Shown: in pieces, positions 15,676 to 32,669 of the stretch | Numbering within the stretch: the first letter of the stretch is position 1 | How the letters are laid out: each line of letters opens with the position of its first letter | Source of the DNA: Eledone cirrhosa | Lineage: Eukaryota | Direction of reading: 5' to 3' | Assembly (NCBI GenBank): GCA_964016885.1 | Contig: OZ024747.1 | Coordinates: forward strand, 14,074,001 to 14,138,000 | Length of the DNA stretch: 64,000 bases | Position numbers and translations under genes: made by a program | The notes under the pieces: model-generated | What the model saw: only the letters and a program-made list of their open reading frames with translations | Told to the model about the DNA's origin: nothing | The model's database searches: none

Positions 15676-16431
15676 TATACACCGATGCTGAATATTTCTT
15701 AAATAAATACTCACAATCCTATCTTCTTTGTACCTATAATAAAGAAATTATTAAATACAAAACCAACCACAAATCAGTAATGTTTTTGCTTTTTTTGTTT
15801 TCTTAATGTTTTCAGGTAAAAAAAAAAAAGAAAATCTATAACAATTTACACTATATTCAAATATGTAAATAATTTTCATATTTAAATAAATATCTGTTTA
15901 ATAAAGAGGAACATTTCTGAAAAAAATTTAAAATTTATTTTATCCTTTTTAGATTGAAACAACTCCTATTCATATTTTGTATTCTAAATTTTCTTGAAAA
16001 ACCATGATTTTTACCAAAATATTTCCACTTTCTCTTATTTTTTTGTTTGTTTGTTTGTTTGTTTGTTTCTCTCGTATCTTCAGTTTATTTAAAGTATAAA
16101 GCTCTATTCCTTTTTTTTTTTTATTTTTCTCCTTTTTTTTTGCACATTTTTTTTCTTTTTACTGACATTTAGCATTTTAATTATTTCACTTATCTTCTTG
16201 TTCTTCTTTCTCTACATCACCTCTCTTTTCAATCTTTAAACTAACTTCATAATCATCATTGTCATGATTTTCATCATCATCATCATCATCATCATCATAC
16301 TGACATCCTTGTGTATCTGTGAGAGGATGATATAAACACTTGGTTCTGTTGAGTATATACTAACAAAAAGAAAAAGATTTTGAAAAAAAAAAATAATTAT
16401 AAATATAATTTTCTGGTTATAGTATTGCTGT

Positions 16432-16463
<32 letters not shown>

Positions 16464-18567
16464 TGGTCTTTTGGGGGATTTAAAAAAAACAACTAGTTGG
16501 ACTGTTCTTGTATTATTTTTAATCAATGATAAAAGAATTAAGAAGTGATGTGAAGCAGAGGAGGGGGGGGGGTAACATGGTAGAAGAAGACATGGAAAAT
16601 TTAAGAATAAGAGAATGAAAGAAAGGAAGAAAATAAAAAAAAACTTTTTCAAAAATAAAAAAATAAAAAAAACAAAAAAAAAAATCAAACTCAGTATTAT
16701 TTAATAAAGAATATTAAATAAAATTGCATTAACGAACTCTAACTAAAAATAATGAAGGAAAGAAATCACACTGCAGGATGTTGCCAGCCTGAAGAGGTTT
16801 AATGTTTGGCAGACTTTCTCAGAAAAAAAACATAAAAAAGATGCTGCAAGCATTATCTGGATAGTTTATTAAAAGTTTTTGGAAAAATTCTCCAGGCTTT
16901 GTGTTCTTTACTCAATTTGTCTTTCTTCTTCTTCCCCCTCTCGCAATATATATATATATATATATATATATTCTGTGTGTGTGTGTGTATATATATAATT
17001 CTGTGTGTGTGTGTCTGTGTATATGTATATATATATATGTCTCTGTGTGTATATATATATATTTCTGTGTTTGTGTATATATATATATTTCTGTGTTTGT
17101 GTATATATATATATTTCTGTGTTTGTGTATATATATATATTTCTGTGTGTGTGTATATATATATATATGTCTTTCTCTGTTGTAACTAATTATAGTATGA
17201 ATTTATATTTGCTTCTAATAACTGAATATTGGTTTCTAATATAAGCACAAACTCACATTTTTTTCTTTTCTTTCCTTTTTTTAGTGTCTGAGGGATATAG
17301 TCGAGAAGTGAGGAATAAGTAGTTCTATTAGATCATCTGGTAGAATACCTCACTCTATTTGTTCTATCTGTCTGCGCTCTGACTCTCAGTTCAAATCCCA
17401 CCAAAGTCTGAGCCATTAAAAAGCAGTGGACTAGTGAATTTGGATTAAATGTATTGCGGTTATGTCTTCCAGCTCTTTGCAGTTTGAGTTAAAATTCCAT
17501 CTAAGTGCCATGTCTGAGGCTAATAACCCAACCATAGTTGCTGAGACTTCATCCAGCAGTGGATAAAAAAACAACAGTGGCTTGTAATTCAATTGTATTT
17601 TTGTTATCAACCCATCTCACTATAGGATGAAATCAAAACTGACATTAACAGGATTTGTACTCAAAATATTAAAAATCATGTTGTTTGTTATTGTTATTAG
17701 AGCACACATCTATGTGAGTTTAGCTGGCCTGCTATGAGATTACATCTTATAGGAGGTTTCTCAAGTGTTTTAATGATAGGGGTCTCCATCCTATTATGAA
17801 AAAATTCCTTCTGGGTAGCTGGATGTTAGTCTATTGCTGGGGTTAATTCCCAGTTGCTGCTGGAGTCTTGTTCAAGGAGATGATGCACTGCCTAAGCCAA
17901 GAATGTACCCCACGACTCTATGATTGTGAGTTCAACATTCTAACCACTAATCTTCACACTGATCAAACAGACGTCTAATTAAATACTAGACATTATTTTT
18001 CTCTGATGTTCTACTGGTTCTATTGACAAATGGATGTTGTATACGGCCCAAAGGGATGTGTCTGTCCTTGGTTTTAGACTGCCTCAGCCAAATTTTTCCC
18101 TTATTCATCTAGGGGTGGGTACAATTAATTCCAAATATGAGCTCTGGCTTCTCAACAACCCAGCTTCCCACCAGCAGGCTGTAGACCTGTTTACAGATAC
18201 CTTCCCCTCTATTGTGGTTCCTTCCTCATCAGCGTAGACCCAATTACTAACCAAGCTTTTCAGACCATCTTTTGATCCAAGTTGGCTAAACTTGACCAAC
18301 TATTAAAAACCTTGAGACCATTGAGCCTCACCAAGGTCGTTTTTTGTTGCTTCGATTGTATATTTTTGTGTATTATATTTACAAAGTTCCATGAATTCTA
18401 TTTTACATGATACAACATGATTATAATATATTTTTTTTAGTTTTGAATATATATTAGGACAAGTATGATATGTGTAGAAATTTGTTTTTCTTTTACAAAC
18501 TTCTACAAATTTCATACTTGAAGACCCAATATTTTAAAGTGGAATATTTATGTAATTAAGTATTGTG

Positions 18568-18757
18568 TGGATTGGCAGTATCGGTAGAGGGTCGGACGCC
18601 ATACGTTGCAGCATAGAGTTACGCCCCTTTACGATCTAAATTCAAATCCTGCCGAGTTTAACTTTGCCTTTCATCCTTACAGGTTTGTAAGGATGAAATA
18701 AAGTACCAGCAATGCACTAGGGTAATTGCTGGCCTTGGGCCAAAAGTAGAAACAGTT
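18568..18757 (+). mobile_element. Abundant tRNA SINE copy
   Basis: Same head and central domain as the 10905 cluster. Further copies at ~2866, 14330, 25330, 35980, 42900, 56172, 59210 and 63885. Confidence 0.85.
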
Positions 18758-19544
18758 ATTTGTATATATATTTTCATTCTGCAGGAATTATGAACAATTT
18801 GTAATGTTATTTAATGAAATTTTTCATACTTTAATATAAAGCTTTGTATTGTAGAACCCGGGGCGTTTCAAACAGTTTGGTATCAAAAGGGTTAAAAGAA
18901 CAAATTTGAAACTTTATTTGATGTCATGTTTGAACTTTTCTCTTTAACTTGAATATTACAAATAAATATGTTATTCTTAAATCTTTAATTTTTCTTTGTG
19001 AAAATTAAAGAAAAATGTTATACTTGTAAAGGGTGCCAAAATTCAACTTGCCCGAGGCATCAGCAACATTATGGCCGGCCCAAACCAAGACGAGAAAACA
19101 ACTCGGAATATGCCAGTGTATAAAATAAGTTACAGTAGTGTGTGGAAGTGTTACTGCACGTTGACCTCCGTCGGTTTCAACGATGAATGTTCCAGTTGTT
19201 CGATCAACGGAACAGCCTACAGCCTGGTCGTGATATTAACGTGCAAGTGACTGAGCATTCTACAAACACTAATAACCTTAATGTGATTCTCACTGTCTCA
19301 ACTCAATCGAATATCCCTCCGCCATTGCACAACAGTTAAACTACCACTGCCTACCAACACCCTTCCAAAAAAATAGGGCTTGTGTTGTGTCAAAAGAAAT
19401 GTCTATTGCACAAGATTATAAGTTATTTATTTATTACGTTGATTCGAAACATATTTCATATTAAAAAAATTAAATAATAACTGCTTAATACAGTTAACAA
19501 AGGAAAAGCGTAATAAATTTTTACCGTAACAACAACAACAATAC

Positions 19545-22238
<2,694 letters not shown>

Positions 22239-22239
22239 T

Positions 22240-22580
22240 AGGATTGGTGTTGGTGCTCTGAAATAGCGATGTATACATGAGTGTATGTATAATATATTTG
22301 GCAATATACCGTATGTTTAATTAAAAACATTTAGAAGACCATACGCTAACAGTTTTAAAGTAGTGAATCCAGCCTCTACAATTTTCGGCGGAAGCAGTGG
22401 GTTGCGTGCCTCTGATGAACGCCAATCAGCCTGAAACAGACTGTCAGCTTATCTCCCTTCTTTCGCCGAAAAGATAATAAGTGACATAGTCACTACTTTA
22501 AAACTGATAGCGTATGGACTTTTAAATGTTTTTAATTAAACACACGGTATATTGCCAAATATACTATACATACATTCATA
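22240..22580 (+). mobile_element. Fold-back element (family D) with hammerhead-like core, Penelope-like pLTR remnant
   Basis: ~90-bp inverted arms (22276-22365 / 22488-22579) inside (TA)n. Core CTGATGA(22412)-acgc caatca gcct-GAAACAGACTGTC, with imperfect stems I and II. Confidence 0.65.
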
Positions 22581-23664
22581 TATATATATATATATATATA
22601 TATAACCAATCAACTTACCAACTAGCGAATCAACTAGAGACTGTGTTGTTGTATTGAACCTCGTTGTTTCAATGACGGATGTTTCAATTGTCAATCAAAG
22701 GAACAGCCGACCCGTGAAATTACCCTGTTTGTGGCTGAATATTATACAGATACGTGATCTGGGATGTAAGTTCTCAGGGAGATCCAGTGTGTGACAAGAG
22801 TCACCTTTTGAATTACAGGCGCAATTCATTTTTGCCAGCAGACTGAACTGGAACATGAAATAAAATTACTTGTTCAAGGGCACAACATGTCACCTCGAAT
22901 CAAACCCCACAACCTTACGATCACGAAGCAAACATCCTAAGCACTAAGCCATGCTCCTTCACTGTTATATCTAAAGTCTGTCTCGACCCCAGAGGTTCAT
23001 GAAGCCTGTGTTTATCCCTCCCCGTTTCCATGACGTTAAGCGACTGAGAGTGCAAGACTCCCCACTGGACAGGACGCCAGTCAATCGCAGAGTTAAACCT
23101 TCAACTATTGCTGCTGGTACTAATTCTCACCTGAGTATATACTGGATCAACTTGAAATATAATGTTTTGCTCAAGAACACCACATGCAAAACAGTCTAGG
23201 AATCGAACCCACGACATTATGATCGTAAATACAACACTCTTACCACTAGGCCTCTCACTTTCACCGTTATATAGTAAATATTAATTAGAAAGTCAGTGAA
23301 TTTATTTCGATACGAAACTAACCTGTTTAGCTTTTGTCCGCGACTAAATTGGCATCGGCTATACACAATGGAGTAATAACTTTGCGACTCTTGCATAATT
23401 CACCGATGCAGAGACGAACGCTACTATTAAACCATTGAAAATGACAGAATAAGCAATACCTAAATAAATGGCCAATCCTTCTAGTAACTCTAGCAACAAT
23501 AGTTGAACACACACATACACACAAAATTACGAATATATATATATATATATATATATACAGTATATTAAATTCAAAGGGGTATATATATATATATATATAT
23601 AATTAGACATAGTCAGTTTATATCTATATATCTATATATATATATATATATATACATACATACC

Positions 23665-23700
<36 letters not shown>

Positions 23701-23747
23701 GATATGTATATATATATATATGTAAAAAATACATACATATATATATT

Positions 23748-23782
<35 letters not shown>

Positions 23783-23990
23783 ATAGATTTATATACACAT
23801 ATTTATTACATACACACACATATATAAACATTTACATATTTACACACACACACACACATAAATATATATATATATATATATATATTTACTATATTTATTT
23901 TATATAGAAATGACACACACACATATAAATATGTGTGTGTGTATATATATATGCGTATCAACAGAAGAAATGTCTCTCTCTCTCTCACTC

Positions 23991-24096
<106 letters not shown>

Positions 24097-24183
24097 CAAT
24101 ATCGGAGAAAGCTTTTTAGCGATACTCCGGCCAAATTCCAACTCACTCAACAAACATTAGGAAATAAGTGAGTATATTCCTAA

Positions 24184-24226
<43 letters not shown>

Positions 24227-24603
24227 AAGTGAGTCCTCATCAGTGACCCTCCAACCGTCCTCGGCATTTCATCGCTTTAAGGGCCATATGCCTCAGGTTG
24301 GTGCGAACAACGGCTAAACAAAGTCGTTGGGACACGTAAATAAGGGGGGGGGGGACATTAGAGTAACAATAAAAGGGTTATAGCAACGGAAAGTGAGTAG
24401 AAATAGACAAGTCCCAGATCTCTATGAATATAAACTCTGTGAAATCGTGAACAAGAGACGAAAGACCATCGAACCTGGTAGAAATGTGAGCAAGGAAAGA
24501 ATTTCGCCCTAGAACACTGGAAGGTAATATCCGTAGTGGTAGAGCACTCAGTCCATGGGACGAGTTAGGTAGAAGTGGTTACACAACAGTTAGTTCACCA
24601 TAC

Positions 24604-24641
24604 CGAGAACAATTGTTTCACCTTAGCGGATCCTCAGCTCG
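24604..24641 (-). ncRNA. Minimal type I hammerhead ribozyme
   Basis: Minus strand: cgag CTGAGGA t-cc-gctaa-gg-t GAAA caattg TT ctcg. Stem I cgag/ctcg and palindromic stem III. It lies in a ~430-bp insert (24221-24650) flanked by (TA)n. Confidence 0.7.
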
Positions 24642-24656
24642 TAATGGACAATATAT

Positions 24657-24705
<49 letters not shown>

Positions 24706-24983
24706 CTTATAGTTAAGTGACGAGTCTTGTTACTCTTGAGTTTCACCTGTGTACTCACAGGATCATCACACACACACACAGACACACACACACATATATA
24801 TATATATAATGATCGATATGATATATATATATACATAGTATATTCACATACATACATACATACATACATACGTACATACATATATATACACACATATATA
24901 TATATATATAATGATCGATATGATATATATATACATAGAATATTCACATACATACATACATACATACGTACATACATATATAT

Positions 24984-25015
<32 letters not shown>

Positions 25016-25903
25016 GTACATAATATACACACTATATTCCTTCATATATAATATGGACGCCTATACATATATACATACATGTATATATATATATATATAT
25101 AACCTCATATGTAAACACATTGCAGCAATATTCCTAAAGGAAATATTTCTTTTACACATTGTGAATATTTTGCCTGCAAGTAGCTGCCCCCGGCTTCTCG
25201 TAATTAATGAAACTAAATTAAGAACGTTTCAACGCTCAGTACTAATTATAACACTAATAACACTACTCCCACCACTACCACCACCACTAATAACAACACT
25301 ACTCCCACCACTACCACCACCACTAATTATAATTGTTTCTACTTTTGGAACAAGGCCAGCAATTATCCCAGTACGTGACTGGTACTTTACTTTATCGATC
25401 CCGTTAGGATGAAAGGCAAAGTTAACCTCGGCGGGATTTGAACTCAGATCAAAAAGCGCCGTAACTCTATGCTGTAAAGCATGGCGTCCGACGCTCTACC
25501 GAGACTGCCAATTAATAACAGCAATAGTGATGACGATAATGATGGCGGACGATAATGATGGCGGTTACATTGAAATTCTGATACGCCCGTAACTCTTGAT
25601 GGAATCGTAGGATCACCGTGGTGATATAAGACGTGCCTTGGTCATTTTGAACCTGACGGAGCTAATCTCCTCTCTAGGTCTGAACATAGCCGATTTCTTC
25701 CGTAGGAGAGAGAGATAGAGAGGGGGGGGTAAGAGATATAAAAGTAGAATCGACACCACTAGTGGACTCGTATTTTTTTTATCGATCTCGAAAGGAAGAA
25801 AGACAAAGTTGACCTCAGAATTCAGAAGGCAGAGAGCTGAATCGAATTCTCCGAAGCATTCTATATGTGCGTGTGTGTGTGTGTGTGTGTGCGTGCGTGT
25901 GTG

Positions 25904-25941
<38 letters not shown>

Positions 25942-26281
25942 TGTGTGTGTGAGTGTGTGTGTATAATGGCCGATAGAGAAGGCTTAAAATGACAGGAAAA
26001 TTGTCAGCGCCACTTTGGTATAATGGTTGCACTGTTGTTATGTATAGACATGCGATAGATGTAAATTCAAGCTCCACATGTAGTGCTGTTACCCTCTTTG
26101 AGTTTCTAGAGAGCCTATATGTCCAATTCGTTCCATTATTTTCCATAAGCAAAAGCCTGTGTTGGAGCAGATAAATTTAAGCTAACATACATTCAAAATT
26201 CATAATTTACTCAACTCTTAAAAGTTTATTTTAAATTAGTGTACATTCTCTCTCTATATATATATGTATATATGTGTGTGC

Positions 26282-26363
<82 letters not shown>

Positions 26364-26364
26364 G

Positions 26365-26456
26365 TTTTAATATAGATGAGATTCTACAGGACGAGAACTG
26401 TTTCATTCTTTAGAAATCATCAGATGGTTACCTCCGATTCAACCCGGAATAACTTA

Positions 26457-26458
<2 letters not shown>
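26365..26458 (-). mobile_element. Truncated family C hammerhead element
   Basis: Minus strand CTGATGA tttc taaa gaat GAAACAGTTCTCGTC, homologous to 37684-37885 and flanked by (TA)n. Confidence 0.6.
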
Positions 26459-26502
<44 letters not shown>

Positions 26503-27193
26503 CGTAGATACGTACGTACATACATGCATACATATGTACGTCCATACATGCATTCATACATACATGCATGCATAAATATATACATACATACATACATATG
26601 TGCAAATAATAGAATTTTTAGCGAAATTATTTCAATAATATTTCGTTTAGAAAGGAGAAATTTGCCAATACAAGAAACGACAAAATGTCTTCCTCTATTT
26701 TGGCTTCACATTTTTCATGTCGGAAAATAACTTTGCTTCAAATTGTGTCCAGTTCTCTAGTAGGGATTCAAAACTTTCATGTTCCACTAGAATATAATAG
26801 ATATATCCCTTTATCCTCATAAGAAATTTCTCTGTATCACATTATTTGAGGGATGCTTGTATGTTATACATTTACCTATTTATACATTTATCATACTTAC
26901 ATATATATATGTAAGTATGTATGTATATACGGGACTGGCTTTGTGCAGTGCCTTTGCTCACTATAAAAGCTTCACGGCACAGGCATTACTTTATATCTGG
27001 AGATCTCTCTGCACTTGTCGTCACATGGTACCATGGGTCCAACACTATGTGTCAATAATTGTCACAAGTGTAGTGTTTGTACCAGAGTTTTCAAGTCACT
27101 GGCTGGACTAAAAAGTCACACTCGTTCAGCGCATCGGTAGGAGTTCTCCTACATGGATATAAAGTAGTGGCCGTACTCGAAAACGAGTTGGCA

Positions 27194-27231
<38 letters not shown>

Positions 27232-28164
27232 TTGAATATATATAGATATATAGATATATTTATATATGCGTGTGTGTGTATATATGTATATATATATATA
27301 TATATTATTTTCATAGCCGTTGTTAATGGAAGAATTAAGACTATATATATATATATCAATGAACTCTCAACATAACACTTTCAATGTCTCCTATGACGGC
27401 TGTATATGCAATATTCTTACTGTTGTTGCTGTTGCTTTTGTTGTTGTTCTTAACACCATCACCGCCACCACCATCACCACCACCATCACTACCACCACCA
27501 CCACTATCACTAACAACAACAGTATCAGCCAGTCAGCGAGCAGACCAGCCACTCAGACATCTGGCTGTAGTGAAGCTACCAACACCAACAATACCAACAC
27601 CAAACTCAACAGTAGCTACGCCAGCAGTGACTACAACAAACAGCAGCAAAGGAAATGCTTTCAGGCCATCTATGGGCACAAAGGGGATCATGTTGATAAA
27701 TTTAGGCTCATAACTCTGGTAAATACATGTTCAAAATGTTTGCCAATGTGTTAAAGATGTTGGCGCTTTGGTACACCATATGATGGGTACAGTATGTAAC
27801 TGACCGTAGATAACAATGTAATACTTATATATATATATATATATGTATAAGACCCGTCCCACCCTTGCAAGCAGGGAAAAGCGGACGTAAAATGATGATG
27901 ATGATGATATATATATATATATATATATGTGAATATATATATGTATATATATATATGTATGAATCACTCCGTCCCTACGGACAACTGACGCTGCACATCA
28001 GGTCCGAACACAGAAGACCCGAACTCCCACTGTCATCGTCTCCATCTCTCTCGCCCTTCCCATCACTCTGTATTACGTGCGGACAGAAAGAAGAATGCGT
28101 TTCCCCGGGAGGATGGCTGGTGCTTATGGTCAAGGGTCTGGTTGGGCGACATATCATAATGGGT

Positions 28165-28415
28165 TAAGCAAGGAACTTGGTGAGGGTAGGATCCTGATTG
28201 ACTTGGATCACTCAAAAGCTTTCAATAGAGTCGCCAATCTCTACCTGGCCACTGAGTTCAAGGCGGTTGGTTTCGACCTTGTTTTCAGAAGATGGTTTGT
28301 TGCAATGTTCAGCGAAATCTGTCTAGTAGCCAGAGTGAATGGTTATCTATCGGAGTCGTTTAGTACCATGCATTCGGTGTGACAGAGATGCTTCTCTTAG
28401 TCTCTCTTGTATACA
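28165..28415 (+). mobile_element. L1/Tx1-clade reverse transcriptase fragment (pseudogenised)
   Basis: ILIDLDHSKAFNRV...GF...WF..MFSEI..VARVNGYLSESF...SV*QRCFS*SLLY matches the DxxKAFDRV and VRQGCPLSPLL motifs, with in-frame stops. Confidence 0.85.
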
Positions 28416-28586
28416 TAAAGTGATAAATTTATTTCCTTTATCAAGGCATTGCTGACTTGTAATGACTCTTTTCACGATAATAATTAATTCATTAAGAATA
28501 ACATTAATTTTTGATTTAATAGTTATTCAAATTCCAATCACCAACCATAACAGTGAATATAGGACACGCAGAAGACATTTCTGAGA

Positions 28587-28949
<363 letters not shown>

Positions 28950-29690
28950 TATATACACACACACACATATATACATATATATATATAGACACACACACAC
29001 ACATACACACATCACACATATATATATATATATTTATATATATATATATAAATATCTATCTATCTATATGTGTGTGTGTTTATGTATCTGTGTTTGTGTA
29101 CGTATATGTTTGTGTGTATGTACATGTACATGTGTGTGTGTATGTATATATATATGTGTGTGTATATATATGTCTGTGTATGTATATATGTGTATATATA
29201 TTTATATATATATATATACCTTACATCTGCATGTTCTTACGTGTGTTATAGAAAGAGAGATAAAGTGAGAGAGTGAGTGAGGAAAAGAGATAATATAGAC
29301 CGTTTGTGTGGATGTGTAATTATCCAGGAAATTTAATGACTATCATAGGTTTCTTTTGATTGTAAGACTTCGATCAATTCCTACTCCCCCCCCCCTCTCT
29401 TATACATTCACTAAATAGAATCAGTAGTGGTATTATACTCGAGCACAATTCGCTTTATTTCTTCTCTTGTTTGAAAATGATTGGTGTTTGCTTGTTTTTC
29501 GCCCCACCATCCTTTCTAATATTTCCCCATTCTCCCTCTCTCTCACTCTCTCTGTCTCACTCTCTTTCTCTCTCTGTTTCTCTCTTTCTCTCTCTTTCCC
29601 TCTGTCTCTCTCTCTCTCTCCCTTTCTCTCTCTCTTTCTCTTTCTCTCTTTGTCTCTCTCTCTCATATTCTCTCTCTTTATTTCTCTCTT

Positions 29691-29775
<85 letters not shown>

Positions 29776-29801
29776 ATATTTATATATATATATATATACA
29801 T

Positions 29802-29832
<31 letters not shown>

Positions 29833-30363
29833 CTTTCGCCTTTATAAAGAAACCAATTCGAAAATGAATAGCACTGAATAAGACTCGATATAAAAATAAC
29901 ATACTCCGAAAATAAAAGCACACAAACAATAGCAAGCTACGAATAATATTAATAATAACAACAAACAAAAGAAATGAAAATGAAATGAATTCTAATGATG
30001 AAATAATACAAGTGCAGAGCAGCAGAAGTCAAATGTAATGTGAATGAAAAGATCCCTTGAGCACAGCATAAGTAGCAACGAAATATCCAATCTTGTTGCG
30101 TAATTCAGGATTTTGTTATTTCAACACTGAAAAGTGTTCCTTCAATTCTTTTCAGAATTAGACATTTAAAATACGGTAATATTTTTATGGCTTTTAAAAA
30201 AAGAATATTAGAATATTATTTGTCGTATGTTATTTATTTAGTAGCTCTCCGGTAATTCATTCTACAAATGTTTGTCTTTTTTGTCTTCCCTCATACGAAG
30301 TCAAATCTCTATAACATTTAACATTCCCGACTAGACCAGCACTGCAGAACCTTATTTGACTTA

Positions 30364-30392
<29 letters not shown>

Positions 30393-30395
<3 letters not shown>

Positions 30396-30529
30396 GGAAC
30401 GAGTAGGACCCCGACGGCTTGAGCTCAGCCGTCGGGGTCCTACTCGTTCCTATTACCCACTCTACTACCCTAAGTATTGAGTACTTTGGTGCGTTATGGT
30501 CCACCTGGTTCCTTACCACATTTCCTTCG

Positions 30530-30532
<3 letters not shown>
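30393..30532 (+). mobile_element. Family E hairpin element in (TA)n; other copies at 40641-40797 (+) and 49597-49790 (-)
   Basis: Perfect ~27-bp stem taggaacgagtaggaccccgacggct/agccgtcggggtcctactcgttccta plus an ~80-nt tail. The 49.7-kb copy shows GAAACGGCT-tgagctc-AGCCGTC, the 3' half of a hammerhead. Confidence 0.7.
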
Positions 30533-30610
<78 letters not shown>

Positions 30611-30767
30611 TTTGTGTGTGTGAGTTTGTGTGTGTGTAGTGTCCCTCCTTTGCCAATTTTGCTCAATGACTGATGCACTTTAGTTGCACTCTGGCTGCAT
30701 ACCACTCGGCGAATCTGTACAGTTGGGACTTTGAAGAAAAAAATAGGCATATTTTGTCTATTTTCTC

Positions 30768-30816
<49 letters not shown>

Positions 30817-31481
30817 TCATATATATATTAACGGATGAACACTGCATGATCTTGGGTAGAGCTACACAGTTGCTCTCTTTGGACTTATTATTGGTGTTGG
30901 GCATCATTAGCACAATGCTTAGGGATGGAAGTGGTTGAAACGTCTATCGATGTGGCTGATACTCTGTATATAATGATTTTATTGGTTTGTTCTAGATCGA
31001 ACCATAGGGATACTTTTTCAGGATGGTGCAATGTAAGGTGGTGAATTGGCGGAGTCTTATAGAATCTCAGACAGAATGTTTTGTCTTTCATCCTCTCGAG
31101 ATCGAGTTATCTAACGTAGTTATCTAACGACAGCAACAGTTGACTGATAAAATGACAAGTCGGTCAATCATATTGGTGGCCTCGCTTCAGCCCCGGTGGA
31201 CATAATGGAGAAGGTGTTTCCCCGTGGGACGGCAAGGGAGACGCGCTGGAAAAGCCATTCCAACTCGCGCGGTTAACACCTGCGGCTGGCCAGCTCAGTG
31301 CCTATGGTGGTGAGTAGAGAGGTAGCCCTAGGGCCGAAGACACAAGAAGTCACCACTGCCAAGGGTACGACTGTAAACCTGTCGGAGAGCGACCGGTGTA
31401 CCCGTTCAAATCTGAGATCAATTCTTTCATTTTTGACCGTATCATTAAAAAAAAAACCGATCAAGCTGGTCTCGCTATAAC

Positions 31482-31790
31482 CAGGACTATTTAATGGGGG
31501 GGGGGGGGGGGGGGGGGGCAATTGCTCCGGTCCCCTGCAGTGGGGGCCTGAACAGCGATGGCCGTAGCAATTTATTTGTGCCCTCAGCTAGGCTTTTTAG
31601 TTTTAGGATGGTTAGAACTTTTGATTTTAATACCTGGATATATAACTTTTCAATTCCAATTACCTCCGACAAGCTATCTTTGATCTGTAAAATTGGAGGG
31701 TTTGCTGTGTATTTTAAGGTTTTGTGTATGAGGACCCCCCCATCCTGGATCAGAATGCCCCCCCCCCCTCCAGGTCTAAATCTAACTCTG
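31482..31790. mobile_element. Degenerate hAT-like MITE (CAG...CTG ends, G/C-run subterminal motifs)
   Basis: 'gggggcaattgctccggtcccc' near the left end and 'gcccccccc...taaatctaactctg' at the right end. No clear TSD. Confidence 0.4.
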
Positions 31791-32258
31791 ATCACTATAA
31801 TGACTACGTATAGCAATGCTTAGTTAAACACCGCATTTTAACTAAGAACTATTTAGAGGGTTGTCCGAGACATTACAGTACACACACACACACACATACA
31901 CACACATGCACACACAACACGCACATCCATACAAACATACACACACATGTATATGTGTGTGTACACAGTGGTGGAGTGGCCAGGATGCCCAAATGGCCCA
32001 CAGTAGCATTGTAAGAGCCCACAGTAGCTTTGCAGGACCCACTGTAGTATTTTAGGGGCCAATGCTTTGCTTTCAAAAAATACCTGAAATCTAAGAGAAA
32101 GAATAAAATAATAAAAAAAAATAAATAAAACAATTAAACAAAGCATTTGGTCAACCAATTCCCCAGGGAATTACTAGAAACCAAAATATACGATAGTGCA
32201 AATAGCTGGAATCAGTGGTTGTACATTCTACTAAATCTGACATTCTACTAACACACAA

Positions 32259-32297
<39 letters not shown>

Positions 32298-32332
32298 TGT
32301 CTGTCTGTGTATGTGTATATATATATATATCA

Positions 32333-32669
32333 ATGATATTAATAAATGGAAGCTATATTAATTAAACCTTATTTATTCCATTATATATATTTCAAGAGTA
32401 CCAAAACTTTGGTACGCTCTCTTCAGATAAAATACAAAGTTTGTTTTATAAATATTGACATACCCAGGAATGATACCTTAACGGTTCAAGTTTGTCCTGG
32501 ATGAAACGTACCAACGTTTTGGTACGCTTGAAATATATATAATAGAATAAATATGGTTTTATAAATATAGTTTCCATTTATTAATATCATTGATATTATA
32601 CTCCAGAAAATCTTGTCGAGTACTTCGAATCTGTTTGTTGAATATATTTGAAATATATTTCTTGAATTA
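32333..32669 (+). mobile_element. Diverged family A fold-back element; tail interrupted by the DNA transposon and resuming at 34397-34420
   Basis: Homologous to 47597-48037. The tail 'gaatta|ccaacaaatt' is split at the TTA TSD. Confidence 0.7.

Noticed and set aside
23323-23460. Minus-strand exon-like segment (tttag|...cag|gttagt)
   Set aside because: Stops in all three frames. It could only be non-coding and has no other support.
31150-31420. GC-rich patch as an HDV-like ribozyme or LINE 5' UTR
   Set aside because: A gccgtcccacgg segment on the minus strand is suggestive, but a full P1-P4 nested pseudoknot could not be built by eye.
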